From: Candidatus Moraniibacteriota bacterium | Lineage (GTDB): Bacteria > Patescibacteriota > Minisyncoccia > Moranbacterales > DUUL01 | Length of the DNA stretch: 53,063 nucleotides | Assembly (NCBI GenBank): GCA_027008775.1 | Contig: JALVDV010000011.1 | Span: forward strand, 1 to 53,063 | Direction of reading: 5' to 3' | In this document: positions 18,391-27,958 of the stretch, piece by piece | Layout: each line of letters opens with the position of its first letter | Position numbering within the stretch: the stretch's first letter is position 1 | Made by a program: the position numbers and the translations under genes | Notes under the pieces: generated by a model | The model's database searches: none | Told to the model about the DNA's origin: nothing | The model's input: only the letters and a program-made list of their open reading frames with translations

Positions 18391-19173
18391 ATGCTGGTAA
18401 GATTGTTTGCCTGGGGAAATCCGGAGAGCGCCGATCCCAACGGTCTGGACGGACTGTCTGTTGGTGACAAAGTGGTTGTTAAGAAAGAGTGGGGTAATTT
18501 TTTGGGAGAACTTGTTGATGATAAGAGGCAGTTTAAAGAATCTACCGGCGAAATTATCAGAAAGGCCAGCGCGCAGGATTTGGAGATTGCCCTTAAAAAC
18601 AAGGACATTGAAAAACAATTAAAAATTGCCGTCAAAAAGAAAGTTAGAGAGAAAGGCTTCACAATGAAAATAGCGGAAGTGAAATTGAGTATTGACGGCA
18701 GAGCTATTCTGGTTGTTTTTACTGCTGATAGTCGTATTGATTTTAGGGAAATGGTCAGGGAATTATCGGCTGAGCTGGGAAAAACAATTAGATTTCACCA
18801 AATTGGCTCAAGAGACGAGGCCAAAAAAATAGGAGGATTTGGCATCTGTGGACGAGAATTATGCTGTCTGCGCTTTAATAAAAATTTCAAAAGTATTAAT
18901 ACCGACATGGCTCGCAGTCAGGCCATAGCTCACAGAGGGTCGGAGCGACTTTCTGGGGTTTGTGGTCGTCTAATGTGCTGTCTTTCTTATGAAGCGGAGC
19001 AGTATGAAGACGCTCTTAAACAAATGCCTGCCAGAGGTTCCAAGGTTATTTTAAATAAAGAAGAAGTGGAAGTGGTTGATCTATTCATCCTGGACAAAAA
19101 AGTAAAAATAGTGGATAAAGATAGAAAGTATAGGACAGTAAACTTAGAGGACATAAAGATAATTGAACAATGA
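18391..19173 (+). CDS. PSP1 domain protein (RicT/YaaT-like)
   Basis: RFHQIGSRDEAKKIGGFGICGRELCCLRF and SGVCGRLMCCLSYE cysteine motifs of the PSP1 C-terminal domain. Confidence 0.85.
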   Translation: MLVRLFAWGNPESADPNGLDGLSVGDKVVVKKEWGNFLGELVDDKRQFKESTGEIIRKASAQDLEIALKNKDIEKQLKIAVKKKVREKGFTMKIAEVKLSIDGRAILVVFTADSRIDFREMVRELSAELGKTIRFHQIGSRDEAKKIGGFGICGRELCCLRFNKNFKSINTDMARSQAIAHRGSERLSGVCGRLMCCLSYEAEQYEDALKQMPARGSKVILNKEEVEVVDLFILDKKVKIVDKDRKYRTVNLEDIKIIEQ

Positions 19174-20051
19174 ATATCATCAATATAATCATTATCAGTG
19201 TAGCCCTCTTTAGCCTATTGGTTATCATCGTGGTGGTAGCCAGAAGTCTAAAAAACACGGATGATGAAAAAATTATAAAAGATATAGAGAAAGAAGTTAA
19301 CTCTGCGAAACCGTCTTTCTACAAAAGAATAAAAACCGGTTTCATTTCTTTGGCAGAAGTTGTTTTAAGAAAGATAAAACTTGGTTTGCAAAAAATCCAC
19401 TCCTGGATCATTAGAGAAAAGAAAAAAAGCAGCAATGATATTTTGAAAGCTCGCGCGGAGCTGACTTTAACTGAAGAGAAGGAGGAGAGTGCGGTTGCGG
19501 AAAACATTTTAACTGATAAAATAGTTAAGGATATTTCTCAGGAGAATACGGTTGATTCCCTTAGTGACAGTAAGTCTAAGAAACCGGCTAAGAAAAGTTT
19601 TATTTCCAGGTTGTTTAAAAAAAATAAAGCGGCCAAAAATCTGGATATTAAAAAGAAGAAGAATATCTCCCAACCCGATGACGGGAAGAAGTGGGTTTTG
19701 GGGTCATCACCATCTCAAGCTGAAGCTGAAGCAAGGATGACTGCTGAAGAACAAGAAACTCCCCAATCACCTGAAAAAACAGTCGCTGATGATGAAGACG
19801 CTATTCTGGGGGTTGACTATCAAATTATTGAAAAAAAGATTTTACAAAGAATCAATAATTCTCCCAAGAATCTAAACAACTACTACGAATTGGGAGAATT
19901 ATACATCAAAATGGAGAAGTTGGACGATGCTCTGGAAGTTTTTTCCTATTTGCATTCTGTTTCACCCGCTGATGAAGGTGTCGCGACTAAAATTAAAAAA
20001 ATAAGATATCTGCAGAATCTTCATCAAGAAAAAGTTAAAACGCCAAGATAG
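19170..20051 (+). CDS. hypothetical membrane-anchored protein with a TPR-like C-terminus
   Basis: 293-aa ORF with an ATGA overlap to the upstream gene, an N-terminal TM, and a C-terminal YYELGELYIKMEKLDDALEVFSYL TPR-like repeat. The last 10 nt overlap the tRNA-Thr. Confidence 0.6.
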   Translation: MNIINIIIISVALFSLLVIIVVVARSLKNTDDEKIIKDIEKEVNSAKPSFYKRIKTGFISLAEVVLRKIKLGLQKIHSWIIREKKKSSNDILKARAELTLTEEKEESAVAENILTDKIVKDISQENTVDSLSDSKSKKPAKKSFISRLFKKNKAAKNLDIKKKKNISQPDDGKKWVLGSSPSQAEAEARMTAEEQETPQSPEKTVADDEDAILGVDYQIIEKKILQRINNSPKNLNNYYELGELYIKMEKLDDALEVFSYLHSVSPADEGVATKIKKIRYLQNLHQEKVKTPR

Positions 20052-20114
20052 CTCAGTTGGTAGAGCACACCCATGGTAAGGGTGAGGTCTCGGGTTCAAT
20101 CCCCGATCTTGGCT
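20042..20114 (+). tRNA. tRNA-Thr (anticodon GGU)
   Basis: Hand-folded cloverleaf with acceptor gccaaga/tcttggc, D arm gctc/gagc, anticodon stem caccc/gggtg with loop atGGTaa, and T arm tcggg-ttcaatc-cccga. CCA is not encoded. Confidence 0.9.
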
Positions 20115-20205
20115 CAAAAGTAAGGAAAAAAGAATGATTGGAGAAAGACTTGATTTTTCCGCCTGGTGGTGTATATTTAATCAAGTTTAGGAATATTTTG
20201 TAAAA

Positions 20206-20288
20206 GGGTCGGTGGCAGAGTGGTCAAATGCATCAGACTGTAAATCTGACGACGCAAGTCTACGGCGGTTCGAATCCGTCCCGGCCCA
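20206..20288 (+). tRNA. tRNA-Tyr (anticodon GUA), long variable arm
   Basis: Acceptor gggtcgg/ccggccc, anticodon stem tcaga/tctga with loop ctGTAaa, variable arm gac-gcaa-gtc, and T loop ttcgaat. Confidence 0.9.
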
Positions 20289-20384
20289 CACTTATTTAGA
20301 CAATTTTAAATTTCACTAAAAGTTCCAATAGATTTTAACGCAACAAAAAATCCGCAAGGGGTTTTGTCGTCGTTTAAATTATCT

Positions 20385-20457
20385 GCCTGTGTAGCTCAGT
20401 TGGTAGAGCAACCGCCTTGTAAGCGGTAGGTCGCCGGTTCAAGCCCGGCCGCAGGCT
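20385..20457 (+). tRNA. tRNA-Thr (anticodon UGU)
   Basis: Acceptor gcctgtg/cgcaggc, anticodon stem accgc/gcggt with loop ctTGTaa, and T arm gccgg-ttcaagc-ccggc. Confidence 0.9.
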
Positions 20458-20485
20458 CCTTAAGTAAATTTGAACTTTCAAAAAC

Positions 20486-20520
20486 AAAACCACCGGCGCT
20501 ACGCCGGTGGTTTTGTTTTT
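20486..20520. terminator. bidirectional intrinsic terminator between the tRNA cluster (+) and rnj (-)
   Basis: aaaaccaccggcg (20486-20498) pairs with cgccggtggtttt (20502-20514), with A-runs upstream and T-runs downstream. Confidence 0.8.
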
Positions 20521-20546
20521 ACTGTCACCAAAAACGATAGAAGAAG

Positions 20547-22451
20547 TTAAACTTCCATAATAACCGGAATAACCATTGGACGACGTTGAGTTTTTTGAAA
20601 CAAAAACACTCCCACTTTTTCCCTGATTTGCTTAGTTAAAATGGTCCAATTAATCTTGGTACCCTTTAGGGACGAAGTATTTTTTTCTATCGTTTCTTTG
20701 ACAATTTTTTTAGTGGCGTTTATCAAGTCAAAGTTTTCTTTAACGTGAATAAACCCACGGGAAGTAATCTGGATATTCCCGTTAATTTTTTTAGATTTTC
20801 CATCAATGATAACGGTAATCATAAAGATTCCATCTTCAGCCAACACTTGTCTATCTCGCAAGACTATGTGCTCAAGCTCATTGACACCCAGACCGTCAAT
20901 AAAAACATAATCAGTTTTCACCTTTTCCTTCAAAATACGCGGTTTTCCTTTGTAAAGATTGAAAACATTACCGTTATCCAAGATGAAAATATTTTCCTCT
21001 TTTATGCCAACTTCCATGGCTAGCTTTTTAGCTTCTTTCAAAAAATAATGATAGGCATAAACAGGGATATAATAATCCGGCTTCACTTCTTTAAGCATAG
21101 CTTGAATATCGGAAGCGTTGCAGTGTCCACTAACATGGATATCCATCATATCGCTATGTATTACATTATCGCACTGTCTGTACAAGTTGTCTTTCAATCG
21201 CTGAATGGTGTTTTCATTGCCGGGAATAACGGAAGAGGAAAAGACAACTGTGTCCTTTTTGTTTAAAGTGATATATTTGTGATTACCGGTCACTATCTTT
21301 GACAAAGTGGCGTTGCTTTCTCCTTGGGCGCCGGTGCATAAAACGATTAACTTATTATCCGGATATTTGTCCATATCCTTAACGTCAATCAATATTCTCT
21401 TGTCAAACTTTAAGTAACCCAATTCTTGAGCTATTTTAACATTCAATTTCATGCTGTATCCATCCAAAACAACTTTTTTGCCAATCTTTCCGGCCATTTC
21501 AATGATGTTTTTAATTCTCTCAATTTGCGAAGAAAACATTCCAATAATAACCTTTCCTTCTTTGTTTTGGATTATCTTTCTTATATTGTCATACATCACC
21601 TTTTCAGAAGTGGGACTGTTGTGATCAGTGGCTCCCAAGCTCTCCAACATCAAAATTGTCGGTCGTGGTAATTTAGCCAAGTGTTTATAATGCATTGTTC
21701 TCTCTCCTTTTTCATTTCTGGCTACAGTCCAGTCACCGGGATGAATCACCGTCCCCTCGGGTGTTTCCAAGGTTACGCCCACGGCATCCATAATGGAATG
21801 TTCAATCTTGAAAAAGCCTAATTTGAACTTACCTAACTTAATTTTCTGCCGAATGTCTTTAATGCGAGTCGTTTTCAATTTCTTACTGGATGACTTTTGA
21901 TGATCCTCCATTTTGTTTTTAATCAAAGCCAAGGTAAAATCTCTGGCTATAACTCGCGGGTAATTTAACTGGGGCAAAAGAATGGGAGCGGCGCCAATAT
22001 GGTCCAAATGACCGTGACTGAAAACTACTGCTCTGATTTTTTTCTCTTTACCTTTTAAATAAGAAATGTCAGGAACAATATAATCAACCCCCGGCATATC
22101 CTCTTCAGGGAATTGGATTCCCATATCCAAAATAACAATGTCATCTTCGTATTCAAAAACAGTCATATTTCGGCCAACTTCTTCCTGTCCTCCCAGAGGG
22201 ATGATTTTCAGTCCCTTGATTTTACTTAAATCAGGATTTAAGTTTTGACGCTTATCTTTCTGAGAAGAATGCGTTTTTTTAGATGGACTCGTTTTTTTTG
22301 GTTTGGTCTGTTTCTTTAATTTAACAGTCTTTTTCTGCAGATTGGCCTGTTGTTTTTTCATGTTTTTTATCAAATCATCAATGGCGGAGCCATTAGTCAC
22401 AACAGCCTTTTTGGTTTTATTCTGCTTTTTTTCAATTTCTCGTGTAGTCAT
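20547..22451 (-). CDS. rnj: ribonuclease J (metallo-beta-lactamase/beta-CASP) with a Lys-rich N-terminal extension
   Basis: 634-aa ORF with the HGHLDHIG motif, beta-CASP region and HVSGH. The first ~80 aa are low-complexity K/Q/T-rich. Confidence 0.9.
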   Translation of the reverse strand: MTTREIEKKQNKTKKAVVTNGSAIDDLIKNMKKQQANLQKKTVKLKKQTKPKKTSPSKKTHSSQKDKRQNLNPDLSKIKGLKIIPLGGQEEVGRNMTVFEYEDDIVILDMGIQFPEEDMPGVDYIVPDISYLKGKEKKIRAVVFSHGHLDHIGAAPILLPQLNYPRVIARDFTLALIKNKMEDHQKSSSKKLKTTRIKDIRQKIKLGKFKLGFFKIEHSIMDAVGVTLETPEGTVIHPGDWTVARNEKGERTMHYKHLAKLPRPTILMLESLGATDHNSPTSEKVMYDNIRKIIQNKEGKVIIGMFSSQIERIKNIIEMAGKIGKKVVLDGYSMKLNVKIAQELGYLKFDKRILIDVKDMDKYPDNKLIVLCTGAQGESNATLSKIVTGNHKYITLNKKDTVVFSSSVIPGNENTIQRLKDNLYRQCDNVIHSDMMDIHVSGHCNASDIQAMLKEVKPDYYIPVYAYHYFLKEAKKLAMEVGIKEENIFILDNGNVFNLYKGKPRILKEKVKTDYVFIDGLGVNELEHIVLRDRQVLAEDGIFMITVIIDGKSKKINGNIQITSRGFIHVKENFDLINATKKIVKETIEKNTSSLKGTKINWTILTKQIREKVGVFLFQKTQRRPMVIPVIMEV

Positions 22452-22767
22452 ATTTATTTCTCATTATTATTTATTAAACGTTTTTGGTTTTAAAAACAAA
22501 GAAAATAAAGACAAACATGTTCTCGGAATAAAATTTAACAAATTGTTTTTTAATTCACCAACTCTTCTCTGCAAAAATTGCCTAAAACCAAACAAAAGCA
22601 AAAATGGCAAATAAGTAGCTGGTAAAAAAGAAGTGTTTGACTTATTTTCAGACTAACTTCAAATCAAATTGAAGCAACAAATTTTCAGCTAAGCCCTCAA
22701 ACAATTTAAACACTTAACCGAAAGTTTGTTTATTAAACATACACCGGTGCCCAAAAAATCCGGGGAA

Positions 22768-23820
22768 TCACAAAAGCTTTTTAAATTCTTCCACCAATTT
22801 TACTTCAGCCGGATCGGTTTGGTAAAGCAAAGCCAAATAATAAGAAGTCCAATTAGCTAACGCCAAAGACAAGAAAATGCGTTCTAAGGGGTTACCTTCT
22901 CGCATTTTCAGCATCTTTATTTCCAAACCTTGCTTTTCCAACACCTTCGCTGTCAAATCAAATCTTTTTTGGTTACGTTTGTCATCTTGTTGATCATAAA
23001 GCATCACCACCGTATAATCCCCTTGTTTATTGGCAAAACCGGACATTTCATTGTGATTTAACTCCGGCAAATAATTCCAGAAAGCCGGGCTTTTGCTGTT
23101 TTCATTAAAACTTATCTTCCAAATTCGCGCCAGGTTCTCGTATTTAGCCGGCGCGTAAATTAAAACAGTTTTATTTTTCAATTCTAAAGCCAACTTACGT
23201 CCTTCTTCCTCCAAATACTGCAACTTCTCTTTTAATGATTTACTTGCTTCTTCCAGGTGACTGGTCGCTTTCAAAAACTTACCGCTTCTTTGCAAAACAG
23301 TCATTAACAAAGAAACCGGGTAACCAACAGCTATACGTGGTTGAAAATCATCAAAGGGTTTGGGCGCTCTTAGAAAGGGGATTTTATTTTTCCGCGCCAA
23401 TTTCTCCAACAGTCCTCCACTTGAAATAGCCAGACTGGGTAAATTGTTTTCCAGCGCTTCCCGGAAGGCGGAAATGGTTTCTTCGGTATTGCCAGAATAA
23501 GAACAAAAAATATTTAGACTATTTTGATAACTTTCCGCCGGCAAGTTGTAGAAATGATTTTCCCGAACCGCCAGTATATCATTTTTTTCCTCATTTGTCA
23601 AGTTAACCAGATACATATCTGAAATCGCCCCCACCAAAGCGCTCCCCCCCATACCGGAAACAATTATTCTCTGAAAAGAAACTTTCCGTAAGAGAGTATC
23701 CAATTCCCCATCTTTTTGACTGACATCCATTCCGGAAACAAGCTGTTCCGGCAAAGTTAGAATACTTTTTCTAAAATCATGTTGGTCATATTTGTTTATT
23801 TTTGCTTGCCAGTCAATCAT
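22768..23820 (-). CDS. SIS-domain bifunctional phosphoglucose/phosphomannose isomerase-like protein
   Basis: SGMGGSALVG and CSYSGNTEET SIS motifs. The start was moved to the ATG at 23820, giving an ATGA overlap with the upstream gene's stop; the longest ORF starts at 23850. Confidence 0.75.
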   Translation of the reverse strand: MIDWQAKINKYDQHDFRKSILTLPEQLVSGMDVSQKDGELDTLLRKVSFQRIIVSGMGGSALVGAISDMYLVNLTNEEKNDILAVRENHFYNLPAESYQNSLNIFCSYSGNTEETISAFREALENNLPSLAISSGGLLEKLARKNKIPFLRAPKPFDDFQPRIAVGYPVSLLMTVLQRSGKFLKATSHLEEASKSLKEKLQYLEEEGRKLALELKNKTVLIYAPAKYENLARIWKISFNENSKSPAFWNYLPELNHNEMSGFANKQGDYTVVMLYDQQDDKRNQKRFDLTAKVLEKQGLEIKMLKMREGNPLERIFLSLALANWTSYYLALLYQTDPAEVKLVEEFKKLL

Positions 23821-25586
23821 TTTTTTACACGTTTGGTTTTTATATACCACCGGTTAGCCTCTTTTAGACGATCAGTTGTTTTCACGATCGCCTCCGATTT
23901 AATCCCCTTTATTTTACGAGTAACGACGTAAACATACTTGGGGCTGTACAGAAAAATGGCCGGGCTATCCTCCAATAAATGTTTGGCCACTTCAATATAC
24001 TTCAAGTTTTCAGAATGTCTGTCTTGAGCCAACTTTGATTCTTCCAAGAGTTTATCAACTTCGTCATTGTCATACATAGCAAAGTTCAGTCCCGGAACCT
24101 TTTTTCCGCTGGAATGCCAAAAGAAAAACAAGTTGGGATCGTTTCCGGAATACTCCAGACCCAAAATCAAAGCTTCATAATCTCGCGAGTTCAAATATTT
24201 TTGCTTGATATCCAATTTGTTATCCCCGGTAACAATATCCACTCCGGCGCCAACCGCTTCCCACTGTTTTTTCAACAACTCGGCCGTAGCTAAAAGATTT
24301 TCAGTGTCGGTGGTAACCAGCTTTATCTTTAATTCTTGCCCATCTTTTTTTCGCCAAGGAGAATCTTTCTCTGATTTCCAACCGGCCTTATCCAACAACT
24401 CTTTGGCTTTGTCAGGCGAATACTTGGTCAGTTCTTCAGGGAAAGAAAAATTTTCTTTGATAAATGGTTTTAAAAGGGGAGAATACACTTTTTCCGCATA
24501 TTCGCCAAAAATCGTCTTAACAATCGCTTCTCTGTCAGTTGCGTACCGCAAGGCTTGTCGCACATTTTTATCAGCCAAAGGAACAGACTTCGTTTGATTT
24601 AGGAAGACGGCGAAATACTGAGGAACGGTCATTTTGTAAACAGCACTTGACTTGTCTCGTCGCAACTCATCTACCTTTTTGTAATTGGAGGAGGCAAAAC
24701 CATTTATTTCTTTCTGTTTATAAGCCTGAAGAACAGAATCAAGGTCAGGGTAGAATTTTAAAACAATTTTTTCCAAGAAAGGTCGCTGTCCGTAATATTT
24801 CTGATTGGCTAGCAGTTTGTAGGAAACAATGTCTCCATCTTTATTGCGGTTTAAACTCTCAAACACAAAAGGCCCGGAGCCAACCGGTTGTAAATTCAAA
24901 TCAACCGAAGCAAACTTCTTGCTGTCAACATCTCGCCAAAGGTGCTCCGGCAAAATGCCAAAAGTCAACTTGTTTAGAAAAGGAGCGTAGGGCTCGGACA
25001 AGTTTATAACCACTGTTTCCTCGTCCGGACTTTCCACCTTGATTTTTTCATCATTCCATTCAACAGCATTGATAGGGTTATAAAGAGGATCCTGTAATAA
25101 CTTCAGTGTAAAGGTGACGTCCTTAGCCGTCAGCTTCTGACCGTCATGCCAGAAGACATTCTTTTTTAAATGCAAAATGTATTTTTTGCCTTCGTCCTGT
25201 AATTCATACTTATCCACCAGGTCGCCCACCAATTGCCCTTCTCCGTCATACTGAAAGAGTGAAGAATAAATCAGAGAAGCAAGCAAGGCATCGGTTGGTC
25301 GCGTTTCCGCCAAAATCGGATTTACGGTAGTGGGTACCCCTTCCGATTCTATGCTCAAGCCTTCACTGTACGTTCCTCCGGGGGCCGGGACGGTTTTGGT
25401 AACCGATAGATAATATTTTATTGAACCCCCAATTAAAGAAAGAACCAACAAGAGAGAGAAAAAATAGACCGTAAACTTCTCCGTCGGCTTAGATATCTTA
25501 TTAAAATACCTGAGTTTAGTTAAATATGACAAACGTTTAGACTTACCCTCTTCAGAATCATTCAGATCAGCAGGTTTTTGTTGCAT
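23817..25586 (-). CDS. ABC transporter substrate-binding protein, family 5 (peptide/nickel type), membrane anchored
   Basis: 589-aa ORF with an N-terminal TM and family-5 SBP architecture (WHDGQKLTAKDVTFT, GSGPFVFES). No permease or ATPase genes are adjacent. Confidence 0.8.
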   Translation of the reverse strand: MQQKPADLNDSEEGKSKRLSYLTKLRYFNKISKPTEKFTVYFFSLLLVLSLIGGSIKYYLSVTKTVPAPGGTYSEGLSIESEGVPTTVNPILAETRPTDALLASLIYSSLFQYDGEGQLVGDLVDKYELQDEGKKYILHLKKNVFWHDGQKLTAKDVTFTLKLLQDPLYNPINAVEWNDEKIKVESPDEETVVINLSEPYAPFLNKLTFGILPEHLWRDVDSKKFASVDLNLQPVGSGPFVFESLNRNKDGDIVSYKLLANQKYYGQRPFLEKIVLKFYPDLDSVLQAYKQKEINGFASSNYKKVDELRRDKSSAVYKMTVPQYFAVFLNQTKSVPLADKNVRQALRYATDREAIVKTIFGEYAEKVYSPLLKPFIKENFSFPEELTKYSPDKAKELLDKAGWKSEKDSPWRKKDGQELKIKLVTTDTENLLATAELLKKQWEAVGAGVDIVTGDNKLDIKQKYLNSRDYEALILGLEYSGNDPNLFFFWHSSGKKVPGLNFAMYDNDEVDKLLEESKLAQDRHSENLKYIEVAKHLLEDSPAIFLYSPKYVYVVTRKIKGIKSEAIVKTTDRLKEANRWYIKTKRVKK

Positions 25587-25857
25587 TGTAAAAAATTAGA
25601 AATTTATCGCTTGTAAGAAAAATAGATAAACAAAAGTAACGGATAACAACCAAGAAAACAAACACAAATCTCAATAAAAACCAAGAATCAATCTCCAACC
25701 TCAATCCTTCTTTCTGTCCTAGCTTTTTATCCCGCAAAACCTCTTCCGGGCTCTGTTTTTAAAAGTTTTTCCGGAAACCTACAAGACCAAATCTGAAATC
25801 AACTGAAAAACAAAAATCAAGAATAATTTCTTCAAACAAAAACAAAGCAAAGATGGT

Positions 25858-26082
25858 TTAGCGAGCACTCAAAACAAAAATCAGAAAAGCGTTTAAAATA
25901 AACAACCCTCCCAAAACGGCGCTGGCAACGGTCAAAAACTTTTCCAAACCTCTCTTGGTGTGAAATCCGGAGAAATCTCCCCCAAAAGTGGCGGAAAGCC
26001 CGGAGCCTTTATTCTGTAGCAAAATGGCGATAATCAACAGAACAGAAACGACCAGTTCAAAGTTATACAATAATTTCAACAT
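25858..26082 (-). CDS. secG: preprotein translocase subunit SecG
   Basis: 74-aa two-TM ORF with LLQNKGSGLSATFGG, the SecG signature. Confidence 0.85.
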   Translation of the reverse strand: MLKLLYNFELVVSVLLIIAILLQNKGSGLSATFGGDFSGFHTKRGLEKFLTVASAVLGGLFILNAFLIFVLSAR

Positions 26083-26091
26083 TTGTCAATC

Positions 26092-26445
26092 TTAATTTTT
26101 GAAAAGGCTTATAATAAGAGAATTCACCACGCTGATAACAATCAATCCTCCCAATCCGGCCCAAAGGGAACTTATGGTAAAGAAATCAAAAAGCCAGCTG
26201 GTGTAATAGAGTAAGAAGATATTTATCAGCAAAGAAAACAATCCAAAACTCAACAAAATAACGGGGAAGGACAAAAATTTCAACAACGGCTTCACAAAAG
26301 CGTTCATTATTCCCAAAACCAAACCGACTTCCAAGTAGCCAACATAACCGGAAGTAATGGTGAAACCGGGAATCAATCTGTCAGCTACGTACAAAGCCAA
26401 AGCGTTGCTGACCACCAAGATTATAAGATTGTAGATTATCTTCAT
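26092..26445 (-). CDS. phage-holin-family-IV-like (YvlD/PF04020-type) 4-TM protein
   Basis: 117-aa ORF with four hydrophobic helices. ALYVADRLIPGF...FVKPLLKFLSFPVILLSFGLF resembles PF04020 members. Confidence 0.7.
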   Translation of the reverse strand: MKIIYNLIILVVSNALALYVADRLIPGFTITSGYVGYLEVGLVLGIMNAFVKPLLKFLSFPVILLSFGLFSLLINIFLLYYTSWLFDFFTISSLWAGLGGLIVISVVNSLIISLFKN

Positions 26446-26605
26446 TTTGTTTTTCTAATTTTCTAAAAACAGACAACTAGAGCCTAAAAACACTATAACA
26501 GCCAAACGAACTCCAGTCAAGGAGAATTCTTTACAAAGAGAAGTTTCAATAGTATTATCAAAAAAGAAAAAACGGACCGGATATAACTAAAATTATCTTC
26601 TTTTT

Positions 26606-27172
26606 ATGGATATTGTCAACAATTTGGGAGTTATCAACGATTTTTTAAACCAGTACTACACTTTTAGAGCAATCAAGTTTCTGGAAGCGGTCATTTTGAT
26701 AATTATTTTTCTGAATATAATCATTTTGTCCTATATTTTTTTGGTCAAAGACAAAGCTTTTCGTTTTTTGGTAACCGGGCAAAATTTTCCCGATGTCAGA
26801 AATTCTCTAAATAGAGAATGGCAGAAAATCAAGGAGAAATTTCTCAGCGGGGACTTCCACCGGCAGGCGGAGGCGGTGGTTGAAGCGGGCAGTCTTGTTT
26901 TCCAGTTGTTTAAAACCATCAAGTACGAAGGTTCAAATCTGGAAGAACAACTTGAAAATATTCCCGATTTTCATTTAAGCAACTTGCCGGAATTAAAGAA
27001 AGCCGCCCGCATCAGGCGAGAAATTTTGCAAGCAAAACAATCAGGTTCCACTGAAACAGCTGTCACGCAAAAAGAACTTTTCATAGCCATTAAAGCTTTT
27101 GAACAAGCCCTGGCTGAACAAGAAGCCATTTCTCCCGGTGTACAAATAAACGACGATTATCAAATTTCTTAA
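26606..27172 (+). CDS. hypothetical protein with an N-terminal TM
   Basis: 188-aa ORF only. Confidence 0.5.
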   Translation: MDIVNNLGVINDFLNQYYTFRAIKFLEAVILIIIFLNIIILSYIFLVKDKAFRFLVTGQNFPDVRNSLNREWQKIKEKFLSGDFHRQAEAVVEAGSLVFQLFKTIKYEGSNLEEQLENIPDFHLSNLPELKKAARIRREILQAKQSGSTETAVTQKELFIAIKAFEQALAEQEAISPGVQINDDYQIS

Positions 27173-27213
27173 CTTTCTTTTCCAAGAAAAAGTATTTTAA
27201 CTCAGCGAGAACT

Positions 27214-27233
27214 CCCCGCCTGTAAGGGCGGGG
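27214..27233 (+). other. GC-rich hairpin ccccgcc-tgtaag-ggcgggg (terminator-like, no U tract)
   Basis: Perfect 7-bp G/C stem lying 42 nt after the stop at 27172, flanked by ctcag/ctgag. Confidence 0.5.
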
Positions 27234-27359
27234 GTATCTATTCTGAGGAAAGAGCGTTAAAATTTGCTTGACAAATGTAGAAAAATTTGTTTTAAGGAAG
27301 TAATCGAGTACTTTAAATAAAATTTAGTCCCTTGAAAAAAGGGGCGAAGGAGGGAAAAT

Positions 27360-27740
27360 ATGGCCGAAAGAAAAACAATAACCATCATCGTCGCTGAAGA
27401 CGATGATGATGTAAGAGTTTTTTATACAGAATTATTCTTACCATTTTTTTTACCCGAGGCAAGAGTGCGCTCCTGTCCTAATGGCAGGGATGCGCTAAAA
27501 AAAATTCAGGAGGAGGATGCGAACCTTCTCCTGACTGATTTTCTGATGCCCATCATGGATGGGCTAGAGCTAGCCCGAGAGGCCAAAAAAATAAACCCTG
27601 GACTGAAAGTTTTGATGGTCTCGGGGACGCCACCGTCTACTTCTCAGGCTCAAGAGGCAGGGGTAGATGTGGTGTTAGTAAAACCGGCCAAAAATCTGGC
27701 CGGTGAAATAAAGAAAATGCTAGACTTATGTCCTGTCTAG
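27360..27740 (+). CDS. stand-alone response-regulator receiver domain (CheY-like)
   Basis: 126-aa ORF with an acidic pocket EDDDD, the phospho-acceptor context LLLTDFLMPIMDG, then MVSG and VLVKP. There is no output domain and no kinase nearby. Confidence 0.85.
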   Translation: MAERKTITIIVAEDDDDVRVFYTELFLPFFLPEARVRSCPNGRDALKKIQEEDANLLLTDFLMPIMDGLELAREAKKINPGLKVLMVSGTPPSTSQAQEAGVDVVLVKPAKNLAGEIKKMLDLCPV

Positions 27741-27758
27741 CAACAATCAAGCACAACC

Positions 27759-27781
27759 GGGAGCGCAAGCTCCCTTTTTTA
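27759..27781 (+). terminator. intrinsic terminator
   Basis: gggagc-gcaa-gctccc followed by a T6 run. Confidence 0.8.
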
Positions 27782-27926
27782 ATATCCGACCATTCAACAA
27801 AAAAAACAGAGCGGAGCGCTTCCTTGACTCTGAGAAAAAATATTTTTAATTCCTAACTGCCGTTATTGCACGATCATTTTTTAAAACATACATTCCAAAA
27901 AAATTATCTTAAAAAATTCCGGAAGG

Positions 27927-27958
27927 TTATTATGAAATTATCAATAATCTCATAATAG
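27927..27958. repeat. 32-bp AT-rich palindrome, copy C (29/32 identical to copy B)
   Basis: ttattatgaaattat-ca-ataatctcataatag, in a 420-bp ORF-free spacer between convergent genes. Confidence 0.9.

Noticed and set aside
27932-27955. 7-codon mini-ORFs inside each palindrome copy (MKLSIIS, MISSIIS, MILSIIS), which could be leader peptides.
   Set aside because: The ATG and TAA are built into the palindrome arms (TTATGA/TCATAA), and the mirror strand gives an equivalent mini-ORF. Only copy C has an SD-like sequence. This is probably a geometric by-product. It is noted in the findings but not called as a gene.
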